Both the position numbers and the translations under genes were made by a program. From Lama glama (Eukaryota), in contig CM052850.1 of assembly GCA_028534125.1 (NCBI GenBank), positions 2,604,001 through 2,668,000 on the forward strand: DNA of 64,000 bases. Direction: 5' to 3'. The notes beneath the pieces are model-generated. The model saw only the letters and a list, made by a program, of their open reading frames with translations. It had not been told where the DNA came from and searched no databases. Shown in pieces: positions 53,041-64,000 of the stretch. Each line of letters begins with the position of its first letter. Within the stretch, counting starts at the first letter, position 1.

Positions 53041-54497
53041 CATTATGATGTCTGAGACGGGTCTAAGGGTTGTTCACATCAGCCACTGTTAGCTGAAGAT
53101 TTATTCTGCAAGAGCCAGCGTTAGTTTTAGTTGAACAAGTGAAGAAGACAGTATCCAAGGGGGAAGTGCCTTTGAGGTTGATTGCAAAGTGGGAAGGCAC
53201 GGCTGCCGAAAGTATTAGCACCTTCCATCCACAAAATGGACTGAACAACACTTGTCTCAAACTATCTCACGGGGCACCATCGAGGTAACTTGTAGAGGGA
53301 TGCTGCCTGGAGCCTCTGAGAAGAACGGGCTACATTCCAGCCTCCTACATATCACTAGAGGAACATTTTGTAAGGATCTATTCCCTCCCTTAAAGGCACA
53401 AACTCCAGAATCTCCAGGCTAAACCCTGGAAAGGGGTCTGCCAGATGGGGGCCAAGTCTGACCCCCTACCTCCATTCAACCTCACTGAACTGCACCTGCC
53501 ACAGGACTGATTTATTATGAAAGCAATAAGGGGAGGCAGAAAGAGCCTGTGCCTGGCAGGTTATACACCTAAATCATTTCATTATCACAACGACTCCAGG
53601 TAGTTGGTGTTACTAATCTCCATACTGCAGACGAGAAACTCAGACTGAAGCCACATAACCAGAAACTGTTCAAGCTGGAATTGAAACTCAGGGCAAGGGT
53701 TTAAATGCAATCACATGGGCACAGGCGTGAGGAAAAGAGACCCAACACGAGGGGTGTAATACTAAGCCGGTCGCTGCTAAAAGCTCAGGTAACTGTGTCT
53801 CCGGACAGTCTGTCAGAAGAGAATTCCTCTGCTGGGTCTCCTGCTGGCTAAAAGTTATCACTCAGGCAGTTCAGTCAGCCCAAGAGAGCTCTGAGTATCT
53901 CACAGTTCAGTATCAATAGGGAAGCTCTAGGTAAGAGGTGGCAGGTGCGTAGCATGAGGCGAAGGGCTACTGAATTTTACATGCACAGAGTTGGTCAATC
54001 ACTACAGTGGCAGCTGGGCTGAGGTCAAGGTCCCAGAGACAGGTGAGGCCAAGAGGCTCTGACCACATCTCCTACCTCCCTCTCCCTCACTCGTTCCCCT
54101 CACACTGATTTTGGTATTTCTAAGCACACGAGCTTGCCTCCGCCTTAGGGCATCTAAGCTAGTTGTTCCATGCTGCGAGCGCTCTTCCCCCATCTTCCCA
54201 CAGTAACTGCTTCTTGGTGCTCCAATCTCAAACTATACTCTACCTTCTCAGACACTTTCCTGGACCACCCATCCAGAGGCCCTGTGTGACATCACCCTAT
54301 GTTAACCTTCCACTTTTTACTCGCTGGTATTTTCTTGTTTACTTGTTGTTCTCAGAAGAATGTAAACTAGTTCAGAGCAGATACTGTCAACCTTGTTCAC
54401 CACTATATCCCCGTGGTGGGGAAACAGTTCATGGTTATAGTTGGTACTCAAGAATTATTTCTCCCATAATTGTTGAAGAGACAGATGGCTGCATAGA

Positions 54498-54576
54498 CAG
54501 ATGGATAAATGGATGGATGGATGAGTGAATGGATGGATGAATGGATGAATAAATGGATGGATAAGTAAATGAATGA
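54498..54576. repeat. (GGAT/GAAT)n tetranucleotide tract at an L2 3' end
   Basis: Degenerate ATGG/ATGA repeats following an L2-like terminus at ~54300-54480. Confidence 0.85.
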
Positions 54577-57500
54577 TTTAAAAAGTATCTTGTGAAAAAT
54601 AGCCATGATGTGATAGAAAACCCAAGTGAAAGATGGAAAGGCTAACATACAGGACCCTCAAAAGTGAAGCCAAGAATCCATAGGAAAACTTGTGTATCCA
54701 TGGGCTCTGAGATTCTCAGCTAGGGGCTGCTTAGGTCACAGAGATCAAAGGCCCACAGCACATCAAATTATGCATGTTTCTTAGAAGTGGCTTTTTACAG
54801 GCTAAATGCTGGCTCCCTCTCTACTGCCTTCCTTTCTCTTCCTAGTTGTGGGTGGGACAAGTAGACCCAACGTGTCCCCCCTTGGGGTTCTTTCCCCAAA
54901 CAGCCATCCCATCTCAGCTCTCCCATAGCTCTACCCAGAAAGGCAATCCAAGCCTTGCCAGGCTGTTTCTGAAAAGGCCAGAACAAAAGAAAACTGTAAC
55001 TATTGTTTCCCTTTTTTTTTTTTCGCGTTTGTCTTTTGGCATGCATAGATTGTGGGACCTGCAGGAAAGTGGGGTGGGGGAGATCAAGAGAGGGCTTGGA
55101 GCACGAGGAGCTCCAGAAAACACCAGTCCATGATCACCTGTGTCTTTTGCCTCCATGCCCTGCCAGCAGGACACCCCCAGCCAGCTGGCGACCCCTAGCC
55201 AGCTACCATGGAAACGAGAGGACAGATTTAGGCAAGAGAAAATCAAGACACATAACTCAAAAGAGCAGTTTGAAGAACACGAACGGGCTTTCTGGGAAAT
55301 CGCTAGAAAGGCAGGAAAAGGCAGCTGGATGAGTGAGTGGAGGGGGGCACCGGTCGGCTGTGGGGAGCCCACTCACAGACACAGGTGGACCCACATCGTG
55401 TCCAGAATCTACATGGGATGACATCCCCACCCGCTCCCAACTTTGAGATTCCTCTTTTCATCCCTACTCCATCTCTGCTGCGTGTCCCTTCCTCTGGCAT
55501 CTCTGGAAAACCCTTCTCATGGCAGGAACGTATCAAAGTCTTAGAACATCGCCAGCTATTCATCTTTCTATCTTTCACAAGCCATGTTGAGCTGAGACAC
55601 TTCTCCTATTCCTGGTCTCAGACATTTGTTCAACTTACTACATATGTTCGACTCCTGATAGGTGAGCTGGTGAATATGCAGGCTGACTCAGCAGCTGGCA
55701 GAGTCTCAGAGTAGGGAGCAGTTATGTGCGCAGCCACGTGAGGTCGGCTCGGCCTCCCCTGGAGGGAGGGTCCACGCTGGGCAGCACCAACTGAGACCAT
55801 CACAGGAATGTCTCAGACTCCATCATCCACGTCCTCTAGTCCCCAACTCTGGAGTCCCTCCCTGTCCAAAAGTGCCCCTTGGCTGACAGCTACTCCCCTT
55901 CTCGGGCTTCCCAGCACATGACCCAATCTCTAGGCATCTCCCCAAAGCCATCTGCCCAGCAAACTCATCCTCCCTCCTTGCCTTTCAATAGAGAAGCAAA
56001 CACAAGTCCCCTGACTCTTCCCAGCAATCTCCGAATTCTCAACCATGCAGTCCCGAAGGTTACAATTACAATTTTTCCCCTTTTCAAACCTCTATGGAAA
56101 GACAGATGGAGGAGGAAGGGAGAAGAACGTCTTCTCCACCTCCAGCTATCACATCCCACAGCCCCACAGCTATTGCAGCAGGTAAATATTAGCTCCCGTT
56201 GGAGTTGAAGAATCCCAGAGAGAGAATGAAAGAGAGCGGTGGGGAGGGGGCATATGAATTTCTGCTGCTTAGCACCTTCCTGGCAGCGTGGGAAGCTGGT
56301 GGAAGAAGCAAAACATGGGCTCCAGGCACATACATAAGCGCCGACAGGTGCCCGGCCTCAGCAGCCTGGGAGGGAGACCTAGGAAGGCTGGCTCCCTCAG
56401 CCGCTGCCCTGCCCAGCCCTGCAGCCACTCAGTTCCCAGAAGCAAAGACCTCTTTCCTGGAGAGGAGGAGGAGGAGGAGGCAGGGAACGGCTTGAAGACA
56501 TCAAGCAAAGAAGCTGGAGGTTTGTGTCAAGGGAACACCTCGAATCACACAGAGGCTCGCCAAGCAAGCACGCCTCTCCCTCATCCTCAGGCTGCTCGCT
56601 GATAGTGAAATGTGACTTCTAGTTCAGAAAGCGTGGGTCCTTGCCAAGACCCAAGTTTATGATCTCTGGGTGAGAGGTGTCTCTCATCTTGACTTCCATA
56701 GGCTCCCCAGCCCCCCAGCATCTTCCCAGCCCTTCCTGCCCTAACTCCAGCCTTCGTGGGAGGCTGCACTCTTTTCAGTCTCCTCATCCTCCATGCTCTC
56801 TGGACCCCATGATGGGTCCAGGAGCTCTTGGTCATGAATCCTTCTTGGCTCCAAATTTGGACTTGGTCCTTCTCCTCCAGCCTCCGTTTGTCTCCCTTTC
56901 CATCCCTGAGCTCAGCTACTTTGAAACCAAATTCTTTCCTCTTTCAATCAGGTTCTCCTCCTATTTTAACCAATGGTGACCATCCTAGCCCCAGACCCTA
57001 GGCTTCAGCTGTTGGTTCCTCCCTCCACCCAGTCCCATGTCCTATTGAGACTTTTCCCGTTCTCTTGGTCTGCCCTGCAATGCATCCTACACACCACTGC
57101 TCACCAGGCCCTCCTCGGGAACTGAGACTAACTCAGCATGGGTGCTGCCCTCAAAAGCATGGCCTAGGGTGTATATCTCTGGACAAGGTCAGAATGAGCA
57201 AGGTCTGTTCAACTCAAGAATGAGTCCAAATTGCAGTTAGGGAAGGAAGCAAGAGGTCAGAACCAGAACTGAATAACTGCTCACCAGATGTGAGTGTTAA
57301 GGCACAGTCAAAAATCAGCACCTTTGCCGTGAGAGGGTAGGGCTTGTATTCCAGGGCTGGGTCATCGATTCAGTGACCGGGGCAAGTAAGTGGTTCAGGA
57401 CAGTGACTTGGTTAATTCAAGGGAGCCAGAGATCTGCTTTTATTGTAGTAACGGCTGGGTGAATTTTTTATGGGCACAGCAGGTAAAGGAACAAGGCTTC

Positions 57501-57911
57501 CAAACTTCCTTCTATTATTACCCTAAACGAACCCTCCAGTCTTACCCCCAGAGCTCTGCTCCCTCAGGGGGTAGATCCCACATACCCCTCCACTTAGCAA
57601 ACCCCCCATCAAACAAAACCAATGTCTGTCCTTGTCCCAGGAGCTTTCCCTGAACACTCCAGTACTCAGTAACTGCTCCTGCCCACGACTCTGGACATTG
57701 GTGCACACCAAAGGTTCCCCTGCTTTTGGATTTCAAGGATGAGCAAAATTGCAATGAGAACCATATTATGTGGCCAATATTTCATTTTTGTAACTATGGG
57801 CTTTCAAAAACAACTGACACTATTTATGCCCCATCATTTTATAAAAGAAAGAGCACTTTCACAGTAAAATTTCAGAAGCATATAACAGCATAAAATCCTG
57901 TAAAACAGATG

Positions 57912-58374
57912 CAGTTCACCTCAGAGATACTGTGGGTTTCATTCCAGACCACTGCAACACAGTGATGCAAAAAAATACTGCGGTAAAGCAAGTCACGCAA
58001 ATTTGTTCGTTTTCAGTGCATATAAAAGTTGTATTTTCACTATACTGTAGACTATTAAGTGTGCAGTAGCCTTATGTCCAAACAAGCAATGTACATAGCT
58101 TAATTTAAAAATTATTTCATTGCTAAGAAGAATGCTAACCATCATCTGAGCCTTCATCAAGCTGTAATCTTTTTGCTGGTGTAGGATTTGAAATACTGCA
58201 AGAATTTCTACCAAAATGTGACACAGAGACACAAAGTGAGCAAATGCTGTTGGAAAAATGGTGCCAATAGACTTGCTCAACTCAAGGTTGCCACAACCGT
58301 TCAATTTGTAAAACACACAGTATCTGCGAAGCACACACAAAAAAAGCGAAGTACAGTGAAATGAGGTGTGCCTG
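57912..58374 (-). mobile_element. Internally deleted Tigger1 derivative (Tigger1a_Art-like)
   Basis: Both Tigger1 termini are present: CAGTTCACCTCAGAGATACTGTGGG...CCAGACCACTGCAA and GAAATGAGGTGTGCCTG|TA. Confidence 0.85.
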
Positions 58375-59314
58375 TAAATTGAGCCTTATACAATCATCAC
58401 TACTTGCCCTATTTCTCTCATTTCACAGCAAACTGATGAAAACATTGTCATCAACAGGCACCAACCCATAAATGAGCACTGGGACCGCAGGCAGAGATTT
58501 CTCACTTGACGCCATCATACCGTGCATTGCACTTTTGCTTAGTTTTATTTTCCCTCCTGTTGTTTATCTAACTTTTCGACTATGCATGTCTCCTCTACGT
58601 GCTGGATGGGAAGACCCTCGAGTCCTGTCTTATGTTTCTCTGTATCCCCCACAGCACTTGTACACATGGAATGAATACCGAGTGAGTAAATGTCAGGTCA
58701 GAGCAGGGAAATACTTAAGGAATCAAAGCTAAGGAAGGAGCTGAGCAGGAAGAACAGAGGAGAACAGAGCACATGTCCACCCCCACCTTTTCCTACCTTC
58801 ATGCTGCGAGTCCTTGAATGATGCAGATGAAAACAGACTTGTCTATGAGACATCTGATAGGTGCGGGTGGTCCAGCCAAAAGGACCGTTCGTTCATGCTG
58901 CATGAACTGGGCTCCCAAACCCCTGAGCTGTCACCAATTTTTAGAGCAACTAAGTAGAGGAGAAGCATTGTATTGGGAGGCAAGACAGACCCCAGTTCTC
59001 TGCTTTGCTTTGGGGGGCCATTTCACCTCTTCTGTTAAATACTCTTACTGCACACTGTGCTGGAAAATCCTCTCCAACTCTGAAGGTTGTGATTTTTTTC
59101 ACTCCCATTTTATTGGTGTACAAACAGGACTAACACACAGAAAAGCTTAAGAGGCTTATCCAAGAGGACCCTGATCGCTAGACCCTCACTCCAGCAGGCA
59201 GCGTGGCTGTCCCGACACTTGTGACAGTAAAGTGTAACCTCTGTGCTAGGCCAGCACCACCTGGAGCCCTTGAGCCCACGATGAAGCCCTCAGATTCACA
59301 GTCAGAGTCGTGAA

Positions 59315-59510
59315 GAAGCACTATGTATCTGAGCACTTACTATATGCCAAGCACTTTCCCTACACTAGCTTCCACCTTCTCGGCAGCCCAGCATGGCAGA
59401 CATTATTTCTCCTTTGCACTGTAAGGAAACTGAGGCAAGAGAAGGTAAGCAACCAACACGGCAGAGTGGGAAAGGAGAGCATGGACTGGAACCCGGGTCA
59501 CTGATTCCAG
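59315..59510 (-). mobile_element. MIR SINE
   Basis: CTGAGCACTTACTATATGCCAAGCACTTT...TAAGGAAACTGAGGCAAGAGAAGG. Confidence 0.7.
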
Positions 59511-61617
59511 AGCCTGTGTCCTCCCAGGGGTGGATCTGGTGGGTGAGCTGTTCCACAGTCCTGTCTCCCTCAGCTCCAGTCTGTCGGGGCTAAGAAATCA
59601 AGAACCACTTGCGATCACGTGGATTTTCAAAAATACACAATTGAAATATCCTGAGTTTGTCTCAGCACAAGGATCCCACTTGAGTCCAGAACACTCCGCC
59701 ATCAACCACACCAAGAGTTGGGAGTTGCTTTATCAGTGTCAGCTCTCCTTGGTGGCCCTTTCCTGCCCTCTGTCCCAGCAGAGCTCTGCCATCAACCCCA
59801 CACAGGTATACATGTCACCTGTCATAACAGCAATGTTCTCCGTTAGAACCTAGAAATACGTTACTTCCATTTTCAGGCCACCCTCAGGACTCACTCCATC
59901 CATCCCTTCCTGCCTCCTCCTTGCATTATTTAACTAAGTCCATGCTGGGACCATTCACTCCCTTGAAGGCAGAAACCATCTCCTAAAATCTGTCTCCTCC
60001 ACAGAGCCTAGAACTAAGCTTTGCACCTACACTGTAGGTGCTGAGGAAGTATTTGAGAAGAAGAAAAAGGCTTAGGTTTCTGTTTCACAAATTATGAGTC
60101 ACGAAGTCGCCACTCAACTCTAGACAGTTCTCAGAAATGGAAATAACAAAAATACTAATCCTTCATTTTGCTGTGTAATCAGGAAGTAAAATGATTTTCT
60201 TTGCCTCTGGGCTTTTCCTCTTTACCCTCTAACTTACAGCTACTTAAGGTACCTCCAGGCAAACTGCAGCCTTTAAAAATATATATATGTTTTGATGGAA
60301 AAGGGATTATTTTAACCCAGGTGCATTTTCTGAGGACAAGGAAATTGGTAAATTGAAATGCGTGAGAGGCAGTGGTTTCAGGCCAACACTGCCATGAAGT
60401 GTCCAAACACAAGTCCATCAAGATTTGAAGACTCTAAAACCATCTTGCTGATGGTCACAGGGTCCGCAACAATGCATGTCCAGGAAAGAATGCAAGCTGG
60501 TAAATTTTTACACTCTCTCTTCCAGGGTCTGGAGAGCCAGGAATCCACAGGAAGGAGCGGGGAGACAGAAAGCAAACAGATATCCCGCTGGGAAGAATGG
60601 GCACCACAGAGCCTGGGTCCAGGGGGACTGAAGGCCTAAGGGTAGAACAAGGCAAGTGGCTTGCGAGGTCGTGTGCATGGTAAACAAGTAACCCGCACTG
60701 ACTTTGGAGGATGGTTCACAGGCAGGCCTGCCCAGGGAAGCCCTGAAGACAGGAGAGTTAGGTTCCCTGCACTGGGGAATGCTGCTCTGGGAGAAAGCTT
60801 CACACGAAGGCTGACCTAGAAGAGTGACAAATGCCCGACAGCCTGGCCGAGGTAGGCGGGGGCTGAGCCGGCCTCCCGGATGCCTCCCCACACCTGCAAG
60901 CCCATGCAGTCCCCGAGGGGCTCCGTGGAACACAGTTTGCAAACCACTGGAGAAGTCCGAGAGAGCCAACCCTTGGATCAGATTTGAGGCTGGTTCCACT
61001 ACTTATTTATTAACCTCAAACTTTTCTGAGCCTCGGTTCCTTATCCCTGCAATATCCTCTAACTTCCCCGCTAAAAGGATGAATGAGGTAATACATACCA
61101 AACTGTTAAGTGCATACAAGTGCTTTTACATTTATTAAGAACCTTCCCACTTATTCGAGAATCTAGGCTTTGAAAGGGAACTCAGATGGCATTTAGTTCC
61201 GAGGCACCATTTCTACTTTGAGGATTCCGACAAAGGTAAATTGATTGGCCGAGCGCTCAGCTGACCCTCACCATCGGGTGGAGGAAGAGCCTTCCCACTG
61301 GGGGCTCCGGACTATGTTGTGGGACAGAGGTAAACCAGTTTCCTGCAAAAGGACAGTATTTGTCTTGCCTACCCCAGTTAGACCATAAGCTCCTTGAGGG
61401 CAGCGACCCTGTCAGACTTCTTTGGCACTCTTCTTAGTCCTGGGGGTTCCACGAGGTGCCTCGTGTCCCTGCTAAAAATATTTTATTGGCTCTCACTTCC
61501 TGTAGTAAGAAGTCTCAATTCCTTAGCCCGAGGGGCCCCTCTTCTTATTCCATACACTTTTCTTGACCCTCACCTGCTCCAAGGCTTCCACTTTTAGGTT
61601 GACAACCTCAAAGAGTA

Positions 61618-61941
61618 CAGTCATCCGTCATTACCTGCTGGGGGTTGGTTCCGGGATCCCCAGGGGTACCAAAAATCACAGATGCTCAAGTCCCATTTGG
61701 AGAATAGCAGAGTATTTGCATATAACCTCCACACATCCACCTGCATACTTTAAAATATCTCTAGACCACTTACAATACATAATACAATGTAAATACTATG
61801 TAAACACAATGTAAATGTTATGTTAATAGTTGCCAGCAAGGCAAATTCAAGTTTTGCTTTTTGGAACTTTCTGAAAATATTTTCAATCTCCAGTTGATTG
61901 AATCTGAGAATACAGAACCCACGGATATGCAGGGCTGACTG
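61618..61941. mobile_element. MER2/MER2B Tigger-family element
   Basis: TA|CAGTCATCC...GATGCTCAAGTCCC...GAACCCACGGATATGCAGGGCTGACTG|TA with TA TSD. Confidence 0.85.
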
Positions 61942-62399
61942 TATTCCTAGCCATCACCTCTCTTTCTCATGAGCTTCTGACTTTCTATAATTAACTGCCC
62001 AGAGGACACTTAGATATATTCAAGGAGAGATGTTAAAAATATTGAACTGTCATAGCAAGGGCACTAACCAATCAGAATAGGAGACCTTCTGCCCTGCTGC
62101 ACATTATCCATTTAGTTTCTAGATCTTGGGAAGGTCCTAGTGATTGGGTGAGTTAGGGCAAGCAAAGTGATGGGAGTAGGGGGGACCACGGATAAGGGGC
62201 TGCTCAGAGCAGTGGCTCTTTGTCAGCAGCATGGAAGTATTTCATATTTCAATAACGAACCTGGCCAAATGAGTCAACACCAACTAAACCTCGATCTTGG
62301 CCATTGCACAGCCTCCCACGTTCAGCCTGTCCACACTGTACTCATCACTTCCACCTCAGCCTCCCACGTGGGCTCTGCCTTTCTTCCCTCTGTGGCCAT

Positions 62400-63290
62400 G
62401 AATGGCCATACTATCCACACGGTTGCCTAAGGCAGAAATCTGGGTAAATTCTTGTTGCCACTAACTCTCCCTGAACCCCACTGAATTCATCACCAGTTCA
62501 TGACTGAGTCCTATCCTTTGCAATTCCTAAATATTCCTCAAATAAACCCACCTTCTCCATCCCAGATCTTAAGTCAGGATACTGCTTTTTCATTAAGACT
62601 ACTGTAACAAGTCTTCCTGACTCTGGCGCTGCCTTCTCCAAGTCACTCACTGCTAAAATAATCTCCTGTAAAGCCGAATTCATTTCTGTAACTACTCCTC
62701 TGTAATTGCCCAGTAGCTCTCCATTTCCCTGAGGTTAAAACACAAATTTCTTTACTTGGTCTACAGATTACCTAGCTTTTCCCGTTCCCACTAATCAAAT
62801 CTCTCTCCACTTTCTATCCGTAATCCTACTGCACTCAAACCCCACCCATCATCTCTGCTTCTAATTCTCTCATTTGCTTAATTCTCTCTGGACTCGGGGC
62901 CTTTCTTTGCCCACAACATCATTTATTCTGCCTAGAACTGTTCTTTACTTTGACTTACACCCCCTACACACACACACACATACACACACACACACACACA
63001 CAGACACACACACACTCTCTCCTCCCTCACCTGAAAATCTCCAGTTTGCTTTTAGGTCCAGCTTGTATGTCAATTCCTTAAGGAAGCCTTTCCTGCCCAT
63101 CCACTGCCAAGATCGAGTTAGACACCTTCCTATGTGTCCCCATAACACCCCATACCTCCCTGTTTCCCATAGCATCTATAACACTCTATTGCATTTGCCT
63201 TTTTAATTAAGGGAGAGGTTTGTCATTTTCTTTGTCTTTCAATGTCCAAAGATGTTTAATCAAGTGTTTGCTGAAATGAAACAAAAGAGC
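62400..63290 (+). mobile_element. L2 3' portion containing a (CA)n tract
   Basis: Pyrimidine-rich L2 text (GGAAGCCTTTCCTG), ending GTTTGCTGAAATGAA. Confidence 0.6.
62966..63016. repeat. Interrupted (CA)n microsatellite
   Basis: AC repeats with single TA and GA interruptions. Confidence 0.95.
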
Positions 63291-64000
63291 TTACAGCCCA
63301 GCATCTTCACCTGTAGGTGGTCTGTGGGTAGGAACGGGCCATCTACAGAAAGAGGCTCAGATGTCCACTCACCCAGGCTCCCACCCTCCTGGGTGCAAAC
63401 AGACACCAGCACCACTTCACACAATGCTCCTGACTCTTGATGCAGAAGCAAAGAGTGAGAAGAGGTTAGGATAGACGCTGTAAGTTCCTCATCAGCCAGA
63501 ACTCAGAAGCAAGTTAGCAACTTGCAATCCTGATCTGTCAGAGTCGCTTTAATCACTGTGCAAAGACAGAATCATGGTGCCCTGCCAGCCTGTCAGAGCA
63601 GCACCAAAATTGGAAGGAAAAACAAGAATACTGAAGCAGGACACAAGCTGATGGCATTATTTAAAGTGTGTATGTGAGTGTACATATGTGTGTGTGTATG
63701 AGACTGAAATAGCCACAGCCTCCCCTAGTTGCTGTGGCAGGCATCTCGGGGATGGGATTGTGTGTCTCTGAGGATCTTTCTAATTGCGGCAGAAACCAAA
63801 TATCTCTGGCTTGAACTGTGAGCTTCCAATGTGCCAGGGCATCAACCGTCTACCCAGATCCAAACCAATGGCACTGGCAGAACATCAACGACCACACCAT
63901 GGGGATGCCTCACAGAACCGGAGGCCTCCAGGTGCGGACCTGCCAACAGCCACACCAAACCTGGCACGCCCTTCTGCCCCACCCCCTCCCTTCTGTCCCT

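Overview
This is mammalian genomic DNA, probably from a camelid (inferred from two tRNA-Ala-derived Vic-1-like SINEs and artiodactyl-type L1 3' ends). It holds the 5' part of CACNA1E (Cav2.3, R-type voltage-gated calcium channel alpha-1E) on the minus strand. The CpG-island promoter lies at about 32.8-34.7 kb. Coding exon 1 starts at 32913 and its 3' end is hidden in an N gap. A ~26-kb intron 1 ends in AC with a U12-type branch point, followed by exon 2 (6389-6494) and exon 3 (5360-5499); intron 3 runs off the left edge. Most other sequence is intronic or upstream DNA rich in old repeats (L1, L2, L3/CR1, MIR, MER/Tigger), with six N gaps. I found no second protein-coding gene, no true RNA gene and no novel multi-gene system. 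The best leads are regulatory or splicing-related: the minor-spliceosome intron with competing U2 donors, a splice acceptor directly in front of the start codon, tandem RE1/NRSE sites in an intronic CpG island, two uORFs, and an arrangement of CTCF-like sites. Repeat family names come from recalled consensus sequences, not a database search, and repeat boundaries are approximate unless target-site duplications (TSDs) are given.
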